Shown piece after piece: positions 15,238 through 28,025 of a stretch of 64,000 bases of DNA. A program made the translations under genes and the position numbers. The notes under the pieces are model-generated. The model saw only the letters and a program-made list of their open reading frames with translations, made no database searches and was not told where the DNA came from. The first letter of the stretch is position 1, and each line of letters begins with the position of its first letter. The DNA is from Octopus sinensis (taxonomy: Eukaryota), in contig NC_043000.1 of the NCBI RefSeq assembly GCF_006345805.1, positions 51,336,001-51,400,000 on the forward strand, given 5' to 3'.

Positions 15238-16949
15238 TATTCTTGCTTTATATTATTATTTTTATTTCAAGAAAGTATAAATTGTAAATAGTTTCATTTA
15301 ACATGTTATTATCATTATAATCAAACTTGTAATTTAAACTGCATTGTGAGTAGGGTATCAGTAAAATTGAACCATTCTTTACGAAATTGGTATAAATATT
15401 GGCAAGTAAATTATTAAAAAAGGGTGAAAAAAAATAAAGTATCAATTCTTCTCACTTAAACCATCTAGTTCAATCTTAAAAAGAGACAAAAAATTATTGA
15501 TTCTTAAAAAACTAAGAATTATTACAAAGAAAGGAACAAGGAAATGCCTCTTTTGAGCATCAAAAACTGTTTTTCATTCTCTTTTGTATTTTTATCATTA
15601 AACATTTCAAGTGCCTTTTGGAAATAATTTCCTTTCATTCTTTTTACACAATTTAAGAAACAAATATATTTACTATTGAATATTTATTTTAGTTTAAAAA
15701 AAACAAAATTATTGGAATAAAATAAATAATGAAATTTGCAATTATATGACAATTTTTCTTTTACAAAATAAACTTTTTATTTGCATATACAAGAATAGTT
15801 TCAAAATGGCAAGTGAGTATATTGTAAAGACAAAATATATCTGACATTTAAAAAAAAAATATACCGGAATTGAAATGCTTTCAGAATACTAAAATTTGGT
15901 TTATTTCATACTTTCAATATGATGTCTTTATGAAATGATAAAGAGATATGTCATTCAATGGTAAAGTAACAGAAGTACTCTAGTCTAAGAATCGGTCAAT
16001 CATACATGTTGGGAGCCTCTCTTTTTTGTAGCCTCTTTTTTTTGTATCACTGATTAAAAAAAATTAGCTCTTATTTTTCTTTTTATGTTGTAGCCAAACT
16101 TTACTTTTCCTTTCACATGTGGCACTGTCACTTAAGGTACATATGTTTCCTAAGATCACCATAGCAACATTCTGAGATACATGATACGTGTTGCATACCA
16201 ATTGTCTGTTTTGATGTACAGAGATCTAACATGAGAACAAAATTAATTAATCTGTTTGTTAAAATTGATATTAAATTTATCAATCTTCGAAAGGAAAATT
16301 TTAGCAAATCAGATTTTTGCATATGAGGTAAAACAATAATTCTCTGTTTCATGATTGGATAAAATAATATACTAGATGAGCTGTGGAGTTCAAATTCTAA
16401 TTGAAAAATTCATATTTTAATGTTCACATTCAAAGACTTTTGTTTTCTTATAAGAAGTTAAAGTTTTGCAAAACTGACAATGGAAAAGCTTCTTAATTTG
16501 ATGCTTGAAGGTTTTATGAAATTCCTTTGTATGTATTTTCTAATAGCTTTGTTTGAAACTTTTCTGAGGCTTCTTGATTTTCAATAGCATTTCAATGATT
16601 TGTTGGCAAATATATGAATTTATCATATTCTAATTTTCCAAGTTTAACTGCAAATATCCATTAATATCAAACTCATTTGATGACTCTCCAGCCCCTTACC
16701 CCTTTTCCGTCTATATGACTTCCTTTCTTTCTCACACTCCAGTGAGTTTTATTAACATGTATTACATACATACATACATTATTTGAAGCATTGTTTTATG
16801 ACTAGATGCCCTTCTTCTTAAGGCCAATCCATACCTGTTTTTCCAACTAAGTGCCTGAATGATTTGCTGAGAAAAGAAACTGACAACAATGCCCTCTCTG
16901 CTCTTGTACAAATGACTGCATATGTAAATAAACATGCACTCACATAAAC

Positions 16950-17006
16950 ATAATATATACATATGTGCGTGTGTGAATGTGTATGTGTATATATATATAT
17001 ATACAC

Positions 17007-17038
<32 letters not shown>

Positions 17039-17233
17039 ATTTGTATATGCCTGTGTGTGTATGTATGAGTGTGTGTATATATATGTGTGTATATATATAT
17101 AAATATATATATGTATGTATATTTGTATATGCATATGTGTGTGTGTATATGTATATACATATATATACACACACACACACATATACATATATACACATAC
17201 ATATATATATATGTATATATGTGTATATATATT

Positions 17234-17290
<57 letters not shown>

Positions 17291-17299
17291 TATATATAA
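16950..17299. repeat. (TA)n/(TG)n/(CA)n compound microsatellite
   Basis: Seen directly. Confidence 0.95.
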
Positions 17300-20200
17300 G
17301 TTACCATGCAATAGGGCTGAAACTGGAACAGCATGATTTGGAAGCAAACTCCTCAGCTACTCAGCAATACTTAATGTATAATATCTACTCTTACTACTCT
17401 CTTGGTTTCAGTTACTCTGATCTAGTATGCAACCAACCACATCTGCTTAAGTCCACATGGGGCATTCAGCTGTTCTATGTTCATTATCCCAAGTGTGCTC
17501 ACTTCCACACTGTAATCTGAGATTTCAATGTTTGTTAATCCATGAGACAGCTCTTGATATCAATGAACATTATCTCAAATCATTTCCCTTTACATTAACG
17601 AAGACATAGTTAACTATTTTTATCACTGCCCTTTTTTTATGTGTTTATCTTAATGTATTACCAAAGATATGAAACATTATCAGTATTAACAGGGATGTGA
17701 AATTGTCATTGAATTGATATCATTAGTTATCCAGTTAGACAGTCAGCAGCCAAATGAGCTTAAACATCTGATTGGGGCAAAACATTAAACAAGAGCAGTG
17801 GTGGTAAATAGAAACTTTATGTTGACATTATATAAACAAGAGATCATTGGAACTACATTAGTTCTGAATACCTGACATAGATATGTATGGATTGATACTT
17901 TAACCAACTATCCATGTAATATCTTCATACATTTTATTGCATATGCAAATGCTTCACTGCATGGAAAACAGGCATAAGGTGTTGATGAGGATGATTATAA
18001 GACACATGTCCTTTCTTTATCTCGTTCTCATTTTTTCACACATTTATCTCTTGAATCTGATTGTTATATTCCAGTCTGAAGCAAATGTGGCACTCATCTT
18101 ACATTCGACAGACCATGAGTTTTTGGGTACATTAGGATTTCATTTCATCTTCTGCTATCTTGCCTTAGGAAAACACATACACACACATGTATGCATGCTG
18201 TATTTATCTTTATTTTCCAAATGCTGTTACTTAGTTGGTTAGAATCTAAAAGGTATTATAACTTGGATGATACACCATCATATGTTAAACTTCAAGCAAA
18301 ACTGCTTCAAAAATGCTTAGAATTAGCTCTATTGAAAATAGTCAGTCTGCTATGTCTCGAATTACATTATTTATAGCATTGTCTGTCATAAACACGAACT
18401 CCTTCATGAATACTATCCCCTTTGAAGACCAGTAAGCATGGAACCTGCTCTTTAGAACTCAAGAATTGTCTATTTTCTGTTCTTTTTTTAAAATTCTTTT
18501 ATCGTTACACATTTTTTCAATCAATGGACAGTAAACATGCTTGAGCATTGCCTTTGAGTGTATAGTTGATTACATTGACCCCTAACAACTGGGCTCTATT
18601 TTTATCAAAGGGATGAAAGGCAAAGTAGACATTTATGTTTAAACATAGTGCTAAAAGTTACCATTAACTGGGAATATCAGTAAATGAAATAGGATACAGA
18701 AGCAGAAAATTAGTATTCCAAACAGTTCACTGACAAAAATTTTACTTCTTGCTTAATGCAGAACATTGAGAGAGAGAGAGACACATTTGTGTGGGGAAAA
18801 AATTCCAAGATATCGTGAATATTAATTGATGGTGTTTTAATAGAATAGTTTGATGAGAATATGGTGATAGAAAAGGGGAAAAGGTGAAGGAAAAACATTG
18901 ATATAATTTGGCATTAAATTTGATCATTCTTGGTGTGAAAGTTCTAGTATAAGAACAATTCTACCCTGGTTTAATGGTAGAAAAATTGTTCATCACAATA
19001 TTTAGCCAAGCAAAACACTTATCAATGAAACTAATTAACCTCTTCTTAACAATAAAAATCTGGAGTGAAAGATACATCAAATTTAGGAGTTCTACTTGTG
19101 TAATAAAAAACTTGATCTGAGATCATGTGTTGAAATTGAAGCAAATACATTGTGCAAGAGTCATTCTAGCTTTTTAATAACACAGTAAGATGTGACATAG
19201 TTACACCTCCTGAAAGAAATTTAAATTTAAAAGCTGCATGCTTGTTATTAAATGCTTTTCCATACATCAGATAATAATGCAGTTGAATGCCATTATCGTA
19301 TTAATAAATATCCCTTTTATTAACTTCAGGGATCTTTAAAACAAATATTTCTCTTTATCAATGCTTCCTATCATTGACATTTTGCACATGATCAATGACC
19401 AATTTCTTTATTAGCTGGTACCTCTGATTTTTAAAGAATGACACATAGGATTTATCTTCCATACACTACTCCTGTTTATACTGATACAATTTAGTTTATT
19501 CCATGGTTGAATATGATTAATAGAAAATGATTTCTTATATATCAAAAGTTCATTGATTGAAAGTAATGATAACTGACAAGACAACTTGTTATGTATTTAT
19601 CAGTGCTTGCAACATGACAGTTCATGTTGTAGACTACATAAAACACTGATAAACCCTCTGATGTAGTAAGGATCCAGCACGATTTTGATGAAGTAAGAAT
19701 CCAAACTAGAAATAAATTTAAGAACTGTATAAAGATAAACAGAAATATTTGTAAAACATTTTCATTCTTGAATTAAACTAATATATTAATTGTTTTGGGT
19801 TAGTAAATTATTTATCTCAGAAAACCTGAAAAGAGCAGAATGGACATAAATGGACATGATTTGTTTGTTTTTCAAGATGAAGTTTATGGATTAGCTTCAG
19901 GCAAGCTCAAGAAAGAAGATTGTTATCAAAAGCATCTAATGTTGAATGGAAAAGATTGGCATGATTGTGTGGGCGAGAATGAATGATAGAAACTTTGTGA
20001 AGAGTTTTCACAGAATCTTACTGTAAGTTAGTCAGAATGGAAACATGCCAAAACAATCTGCAGAAGTGAGATAATCCAAACTTTTCAATAATGAAGCTTA
20101 CAAAAGAAATACTAAATGATATGAAGAAATATGAGGATCAATTTTAATGACCTGTTTCATAATCTGCAAATACCTTATTAAATTACACAATGATGATGAT

Positions 20201-21124
20201 CTTTATTGTTTACAGTGATTATAACAATGGCTAAAAAAAATAATTTCTCTATTTGAAATTATTGGCCAATTTATTGAAAAGCCTAATATTATATTTTATA
20301 ATTAACATTGATATTTATTTTTACCCTTATAGCTGAATATATTTTCCTTTTTAGTGGGGATTTATTAAGATTCTAAGTAATTTTAAGACCCATAAATCTT
20401 AAATCTATCAACTCAAGGTGAACAACCATTATGATGTTTCAAGTAAATTTTAAAATTTGTTTAGAATTCATAATTTGATAAGTATTCATAGCTAGACTTG
20501 ATAATTCAATAACATTACAAGTTGGCAGCTCAGTTTTATTTCCTACAGTCTGATAACAGACTTGGAATTAGAGAAGAAAAGTTTCCTCTCAGCTTTCTTT
20601 TATAATAGGATAAGTTCCTTTTTAGCTTTCAATAGAGACTTACTGATTAATATCTTGTTTAACGATATTTCCATTTGAATTATTTCTGTCTTTTTCCAGT
20701 CTTTGTATTTACAAAGGTGTTTAGCTGACAATGTCTTGCTGTCTCAAACTTTCAGAAATGTGCTGTCTGTCATATAAGCGTATCTCTCCATGCTAATTGT
20801 CCATAAATCTTTTGTATACAATGGCTGCTGTTCCTCCAAACCCACAAACTCAATTTAAACTCAAAATTGAAATCCTGTCTCATACTTTCCAGTGTCCTTC
20901 CCTGACTTTCCAACATTCTTCCCACACTCTCTTTTCTTGCATGCCTTTAAAATAATATTTTACTCTCACTAATAACTAATCTTCGGTTATTCACATTATG
21001 CACTCATACCATACAGTTATCTTGAGACTATATTCTGTGTGGCTTTTTAAAGACATTTTATATTATTTCTTGCTTCTTGTGTTGAGTTTTAAGACACGTA
21101 GGTCTGGTTTTCTAGTTACAATGA

Positions 21125-21366
21125 CATGTATGTGACCAAGACATTAACATTCCCCTTGAACAGGATGGCAGTTCATTGCATCCTATTCCTCATTCGTAGC
21201 TGAGTTGATTGGAGCAATGTAAAACGAAGTGTTTTGCTCAAAAACACTGGACGTTGAAACCATGATCTTGGAAATATGAATGCAGTACCCTAACCCAGGG
21301 GTCTCCAAAGTGGTCGATGGGACTATTCAGAGGGTGTCACTAAATGTCGGGAAATTGCACATCTAC

Positions 21367-21401
<35 letters not shown>

Positions 21402-21527
21402 TATTATTATTATTATTATTATTCATTTATTTTCTAGTACAAGCTTGGGGGTCGATGAGGAGTGAAGGTTTCCATGGTCAAAAAGTTTGGGGATCCCTGC
21501 CCTAACCATTAGGCTACATGACTTCAG
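21125..21527 (-). mobile_element. Old tRNA-derived SINE (CORE/V-type appearance), interrupted by a MITE
   Basis: GCTGAGTTGATTGGAGCAATGTAAAACGAAGTGTTTTGCTCAA...TTGAAACCATGATCTT...CCCTAACC[insert]ATTAGGCTAC is the reverse complement of a tRNA head (GTAGCCTAATGGTTAGGG...GGTTTCAA) followed by TTGAGCAAAACACTT. Confidence 0.65.
21296..21499. mobile_element. hAT (Charlie/Buster-like) MITE, 204 bp
   Basis: Left TIR is CAGGGGTCTCCAAAGT; the right TIR reverse complement is CAGGGATCCCCAAACT. A perfect 8-bp TSD CCCTAACC lies at 21288-21295 and 21500-21507, with the central TA typical of Buster/Charlie targets. Confidence 0.88.
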
Positions 21528-22249
21528 TAAGAAAATATTGTAGAATACAATTTATTCCATACAGGTGTATTGAATTATAATTATATGACTGAGTTTCTAA
21601 AACTGAACTATAAATTTATTTTATTTTATTTTTTTATATACTGCTTCCATATTTTTCTCCTGCAAGCTGACGCATCTACAATCTCTCTCTCTCTCTCTCT
21701 CCTACTTTATTTAGTAATGTTTGCAAAGTTGTTGCTTTCAAAGTTTGTATCATCTTTGTAACTTGTGTTTGTTACAGTGTGAATGTCTGTGTTTATAAAT
21801 GTGTCTATCTGTGTAATTGCCTTATACTTTTCTTTTTGGATATTCTTTCTAAATCTGTGCTTTTATTTTCAAAACTTTTCTTGGGCCATATCTATTACTA
21901 CCATGGTTTTAACAAGCACCTCTTTCTGTTGTTCTAGAGGAAGCCATATTGAATTATGAGTCAACAAGCTTTACAAAAATACATAAGAAAAATGTCCTTG
22001 CACAAATCATATGTTTTTCCATCCCAAGTTATTGGTATAGCCATTCAAATGTTTCAATATTCCTTGTTATTTAAATGTAAGAAAATAAATCTCTTGCTAT
22101 TAAATAAACTTTCTCTGAGCTGTATCAAAATCATGCACTTACACTAAGCAACAACAACAACAATTATCTGTAGCTTAAATACAATGCCAGAAAGTTTGGT
22201 GACACCAGTAATTGCTTAATTTGGTAAGGACTAACGGATTAGTTGATCT

Positions 22250-23119
22250 TGGCAGAATCAAAGTTGACCTCAGAAGGTTCAACTTTGTCCCTCATCATTT
22301 TGGAGGTCAATAAAATAAAGTACCAGTCAAATAATGGTTCAATGCAATTGACTTGCTTCCTCCCTTCTAGATTGCTGTCACTGTGCCCAACTTAGAAACT
22401 GCAACAACAACGACAGCAACAGCAACAAAAATGGTTTTAAATTTTTGGCACAAAGCCGACATTTTTAATGGCAGTGAACAGTCAATTACATTTACTCCAT
22501 GTTCAATTGGTACTTACCTTATTCTGAAAGGATGAATAACAAAGCTAAACCTTGGGAGCATTTGAACTTAGGATATAAAATGCTGGAAAATACTGCTAAG
22601 CATTTTGTGCGATGTAGTAATGATTTTGCCAGCCCATTGCCTTAATAAAATTGATGATAGTAATAATAATAGTAATAATAATAATCATAATGATAGTAAT
22701 GATCCTTTCTATTATAGGCACAAGGGAGTAGTTGAATATATCGACCCCAGTACTAAACTGGTACTTAATTTATTGGCCTCGAAAGGATGAAAGGCAAAGT
22801 TGACCTCGGCAGAATTTGAACTCAGAATGCAGTGGCAGGCAAAATACCTCTAGGCATTTTGCTCAGTGTGCTAACGATTCTGCCAGCTTGCTGCCTTATG
22901 ATAATAATAATAAGTATTTCAAACGTAGTCACATGGAAAATAAAGTTGTCGGAAGGGACAACCCCAGTACTTAGCTGGTGTTTTTATTTCATCTCTAAGA
23001 AGAATAAAATGCAAAAAAAGAAAAGTATTGACTTCAGTGGAACTTGAGCTCAGAATGTAGAGAAGTGGAACTAAATAAATACCTCAAGGCATTTTGTCTG
23101 TCACTTTATTGATTCTTCC

Positions 23120-23120
<1 letters not shown>
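22250..23120. mobile_element. Cluster of four SINE family C copies (one +, three -) separated by (CAA)n/(TAA)n
   Basis: The module ACTGGTACTT...AAAGGATGAAAGGCAAAGTTGACCTCGGCAGAATTTGAACTCAGAATG...CATTTTG...GATTCTGCCAGC recurs at ~22430-22643, 22703-22896 and ~22915-23120; an opposite-orientation remnant lies at ~22270-22400. Confidence 0.8.
22703..22896 (-). mobile_element. SINE family C, best-preserved copy
   Basis: Minus strand has TGGCAGAATCG (A-box-like) and GAGTTCAAATTC (B-box-like), followed by GCCTTTCATCCTTTCGAGGCCAATAAATTAAGTACCAG, which resembles the Meta/MESC-type SINE central domain as recalled. Confidence 0.82.
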
Positions 23121-23150
<30 letters not shown>

Positions 23151-23924
23151 GCTTTAAAATATTGGAAATATGGAAATATATAAAATTTGGTAAGAGTTTG
23201 CTTGCTATAGCATTTATAACAATTTGTATCTAATTGTTTCCTTTAATAAGGTTTTTCTCTTAAGTATATATACCATAGAAAAAGACTGCATCAAAATAGA
23301 CTGTTTTGATATTGGATGTTGACCAAATTTAAGGCAATATTAACTTTTTCTATTTCTTTCTGCTTTCAGTCTGTTTGAGTTTCCATTTTGTTGATAAGTT
23401 ATTTGGAAATCTACCAGGAATCCTAATTACATCAGGCCCTCTTGTTATTCTCTTGTAACACATGGTCTGTTTCCTTGGTTTTATACTGCATTTTTCCCCA
23501 CTTAATTTGAATTTAAGAGAGATAAACTCTATTTGGAACCTTAATGAGGCTGTCTTTATTGTTCAGTCTTTCGTTTAGGAACTCATTTATTTTAAAGAGA
23601 ACAATTGTGGTCTATCGACAGACGAAAATTTTAGTCATACATGTTGAATTAAGTAAATTTCATGATTTTATATTAAAAGGAAATTATTACTTTTTTTAAT
23701 ATGAATTTATACAGTTGTTGGAATTTATCATTCACACAATATTACTGTATAATTTTTGCTGAGTGGTACACTGTTGGATAGTGGTAATGAACACTTTACT
23801 GTATAAACTTAGCTGTATTTCTTCTTTTTTTTCATTTTATTTCTTATTTTAGAGATAGAGGTAGAACTTATGACTCTTGCAGGCCCTCCAGGATTAGTGA
23901 AATTTATGCTGTTAATGCCATGTT

Positions 23925-24035
23925 TAACCTTTTAGCATTTAAACCAGTCATATCCAGCTCAAATATTCTGTCTATTTTATGTTCAAACCAGCAAGATCTG
24001 GCCTTGCTCACCTACTCTACAATGCCTTGGAAAAT
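23925..24035. mobile_element. Possible single terminus of a piggyBac-like non-autonomous element
   Basis: Starts TTAA-CCTTTTAGCATTTAAACCAG, a TTAA+CC terminus pattern. No matching opposite end was found. Confidence 0.3.
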
Positions 24036-24227
24036 GTCAGCAGTGGCTGAAGCAGTTTATATTCTTACTATATTTAAAATGCCTTCAGTTATTTTGTTAT
24101 AAAAGGAAGAGGATAACAATATCAATATCATTTTAAAAAATTTAAATCTCTTCCCTATGTCAAGCATACCATTCGATAGTGATAACAATGATCATAACAG
24201 TAATGATAAAGACTTTTAAGAAATTTA

Positions 24228-24430
24228 TGTTTAGGCTCGAAAGAAATGAAGCTAGCATGATCTGCTGGATGCATAATGTCAGTGTGCTCACACGAGAGAG
24301 TGTAAGCACCCCAAGAGAAATGTTGGGACATAAGAAGCATTGGATGTGGCATGCTACAGAGACATTTGCGTTGGTATGGTCATGTACTGCAGATGGACGA
24401 GGAGAGCTGTGTGAAGAAGTGTCACTCCCA
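24228..24430 (+). mobile_element. RTE-clade LINE relic (C-terminal ORF region)
   Basis: RLERNEASMICWMHNVSVLTRESVST..., then after a frameshift ...QRHLRWYGHVLQMDEESCVKKCHS. The LRWxGHV motif is characteristic of the RTE C-terminus. Confidence 0.8.
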
Positions 24431-25488
24431 ATCAGTGAGAGTCTAAAAAAACCATATCTGCTAAGTGTTCTTCTCTGTTGGATTCCCAGACACACCGTTC
24501 TTAGCTCTGCAGCTCTTAGCAATAGGAAGTGCTATAGAGAAGTAACTCTGGCCATATTTAAAGCCATAGCTTTAATTAAAACACAGTCAGCAACATTGAC
24601 TAAATCATGCTATTAGGCCACCACATTGGGATATATATATATATAATATACCTATATATATGTACACATATATATATATATATATATACATACACACACA
24701 ATAAGAGAAATTCAACATCTTTGGCTGATATTGTATGGTGACTAAAGGAGGATAAAATTAATTACAGCATAACTGGGTCCATAGTAAGGCATGCAAAACC
24801 ATACATATAATTTCCAGATGCATTCTCTGCTCTGAGGAATCCCTGTCTATTTTGTGGATTAATGAGAAGCTCATTAATAGAATTTCTGTAAGACTCTCAA
24901 GATGCCTACATGCATATAAATGAACTTTTGCACAATGAAGTAGGAATGGATTTGAGTAACTGTTAACATAATTTAGTTTAAGGTGTGGATGAATTAAGTT
25001 TACTCTTAACCTCCCTGTTCTTATAAACACTGAGTAGATATTTAACTTGCTTTGTGGTTGTGAGTGCAACAAACTGCACATGCGAGTATGCTTACATTTT
25101 CACAGATGCTTGAATGAGCAAGTGTGAATGCAGTTATACACCCATATTTTGTAAACGGTTATTTTTAATACTTTTCTAGCTGTATTGTGTGTTAGTTTTA
25201 TTTTTGATCTTTTATGTGAATGAAGACATTCCTTTCATTATGTTGCTTTTCTTTCTATAAAATGAGAAGATATATTGTGGAACTTTTTTTTTTTTAATGA
25301 GTTCTGTCTATTTATCATTCGTTGAGACACATTTGCCCCACCGGATGCTTCTGAACCAGTTGTCGAGTGACCCACCCATGAGGGATCAATGCTAGATTGT
25401 CATGATTAATAATAAATTCTCATATATTCCATCTTCTGTCTTTCATTTAAAACACACACATATATATATATATATATGTGTATATATA

Positions 25489-25848
25489 TCATCATCATCA
25501 TCATCATCGTTTAACGTCCGTTCTCCATGCTAGCATGGGTTGGACGGTTCGACCGGGGATCTGGGAAGCCAGAAGGCTGCACCAGGCTCCAGTCTTATCT
25601 GGCAATGTTTCTACAGCTTGATGCCCTTCTTAACGCCAACCACTCCGTGAGTGTAGTGGGTGCTTTTTACGTGCCACCCGCACAGGTGCCAGGCGAGGCT
25701 GGCAATGGCCATGGTCGGATTGGTGCATTTTACGTGCCACCGGCACAGAAGCCAGTCGAGGCGGCACTGGCTTCAGCCACGATTCGGATGGTGCTTTTTA
25801 CGTGCCACCGGCACGGAAGCCAGTCGAGGTGGCGCTGGCATCAGCCAC
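25489..25848 (-). mobile_element. Family B non-autonomous retroelement (RTE-type tail) with three internal tandem units
   Basis: The minus-strand 3' end is CCATGCTAGCATGGAGAACGGACGTTAAAC(GAT)n, with internal GGTTGGCGTTAAGAAGGGCATC. Motif GGTGCwTTTTACGTGCCACCsGCAC starts at 25659, 25722 and 25790. Flanked by TA repeats. Confidence 0.88.
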
Positions 25849-25849
25849 A

Positions 25850-25897
<48 letters not shown>

Positions 25898-26139
25898 TTT
25901 TTTTTTTCTAACATGGTAGTCTAATAGCACAACTCAGTTGATGCTGTTGAATTAAAATTTCTGTCTTATATCAAGTATTCTACTCAATGGTGATGTTAAT
26001 GACTAGCAGTAATAAAAAGGACTTTTATAAAATGTATCTTCAAAGCAATTGTTGTTGAGAAGTGTTGCTGGAATTGCATGTTATATATATACATATATCT
26101 ATATATATATATACCTACATAAATATATATACACACATG

Positions 26140-26172
<33 letters not shown>

Positions 26173-26859
26173 TGACATGTACATATATTCAGCTAATCAA
26201 ACACAATCTCACAAGCTTCAAGATAATTTAAAACCCTCACTTTATCCTGTGCTTTCTCCTAATTTTTGTCTCTCATGTATTCTTATCCGTTACATCTCCT
26301 AAAGCAATTTTTATGTGTAATGTAAACATTTTACAAGTCTTTACTCATCCTCATCTATCTTAATTTAGAAATTACACATGTTATTCTAGATAGCAGGAAG
26401 TGTCATAAGCTACTTGGATATAGGCTTTGTAGAAGATACTTTCTTTTGAAATCCTATAAAACAAAAGAGCTAAGTGTAAACGCATGACAATAGATAAAAA
26501 ATGTTTTCAGAGCAAGCTTCATATAATTTCAGGAATTTTATCTTGCCTTTTCTACATTTCGTCATGTAGATTGCATAACAGGATATTTTTTATTACTATG
26601 AAGTTATAATGGTTACTCTTATTTATATACTCTCTCTCTCTTCCCTTTTTCCCTCTCTCTCTCTCTTTCCGCTTTCCTTCTCTCTCTCATACATACACAT
26701 ACACAGATTTGGATCAGCAGTATGACACAGAGCTGCATGATAAAAGTTTCACGGACATATAAGCTTGCTTATTGCTTGGACATGATAATGCTGAGTGGTG
26801 ACACAGCTATGGATTGTATCTGTGTATACATTTACAACCTTGCATGATATATATAAGGA

Positions 26860-26861
26860 CA

Positions 26862-26947
<86 letters not shown>

Positions 26948-27170
26948 CATACATACATATATATATATATATACATTATATATATTATATATATACATTA
27001 TATATATATATATATATATATATACATTATATATATATATATATATATACACATATATATACATATATATATATATATACACATATACACATGCACACAC
27101 ATACACACATGCACAAAGGTTATAGGGAAAATGGACAATTAAATAAATGAGTATATATGTGTACACATAC

Positions 27171-27201
<31 letters not shown>

Positions 27202-27220
27202 CATGTGTGTGTGTATGTGT
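26860..27220. repeat. (TA)n compound microsatellite
   Basis: Seen directly. Confidence 0.95.
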
Positions 27221-27519
27221 GATAATGGATCTTTCTGTTGATTTTTGTCCTACGAGTGTCCAGGTTCTTCCATCAACTGGACAACCTAAACATTGAATTA
27301 CTATGCAAAATGACAGATTATTCCTCCGACAAGTGTAATGCTAACGTATTTCTCGGGCTGAATTAGTGTGACATGAAATGACCTGACTGGAACTTTGGAT
27401 GAAGGTACAACCTCATGGTTGTGAAGCAAACATTTTAACCACTCAGCCATGCTTACATCTAAACTTCTTAATTCCTCAATTATATATGTGTCTGTCTGCC
27501 TGTTTCTTTGTCTATCCTT

Positions 27520-27539
27520 TATCTATCTATCTATACACA

Positions 27540-27584
<45 letters not shown>

Positions 27585-27637
27585 GTGTATGTATATGTGT
27601 GTGTGTGTGTATACATATATATATATGTATATATCTA

Positions 27638-27674
<37 letters not shown>

Positions 27675-27770
27675 GATACACACACACACACACACCATAT
27701 ATATATATAATATATATATATACGATACACACACACACACACCATATATATATATATATATATATATTGT
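27520..27770. repeat. (CA)n/(TA)n compound microsatellite with a duplicated TACGATA(CA)nC subunit
   Basis: Seen directly. Confidence 0.9.
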
Positions 27771-27850
27771 TAATAGATGAGAGACATATATTCTTTGTAT
27801 AGAAAACACTTCATAGCGCTCAGGAGATTTGAATTTGATCAAGTAGAGGA

Positions 27851-27961
27851 ATAAGTGTAAGGATAGGCAAGTTATGCAAGTTGATATGCAAAAATTATTA
27901 AGAATATTATTTAATATATTTTGTATATCAACTTGCCTAACTTGTTTATCCTCATATTTGT
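27851..27961 (+). other. Long inverted repeat / RNA hairpin (43-bp gap-free stem), candidate pre-miRNA or dsRNA element
   Basis: Arms 27851-27893 and 27919-27961 pair as + strand RNA with 35 Watson-Crick pairs, 6 G-U wobbles and 2 mismatches (counted by hand). Confidence 0.6.

Positions 27962-28025
<64 letters not shown>

Noticed and set aside
19877-20025. Purine-rich exon-like stretch after TTTTTCAAG with a GTAAGT downstream
   Set aside because: The longest frame stops before the donor and the peptide is unrecognisable; possibly a decayed TE.
20790-21060. Possible very old minus-strand RTE LINE relic (WYECIM, similar to WYGHVM)
   Set aside because: Too degenerate to support by eye.
23399-23458. 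Peptide LFGNLPGILITSGPLVILL, reminiscent of a CUB C-terminal segment
   Set aside because: It ends in an in-frame TAA, lacks the conserved Cys, and has only weak splice signals.
25659-25848. CRISPR-like array (conserved ~25-nt repeat with variable spacers)
   Set aside because: Eukaryotic context with no cas genes, the spacers are homologous to each other, and the array is internal to a dispersed retroelement.
25527-25919. 130-aa ORF with repeated GAFYVPPA
   Set aside because: It is the antisense reading of the family B tandem units and runs into a microsatellite.
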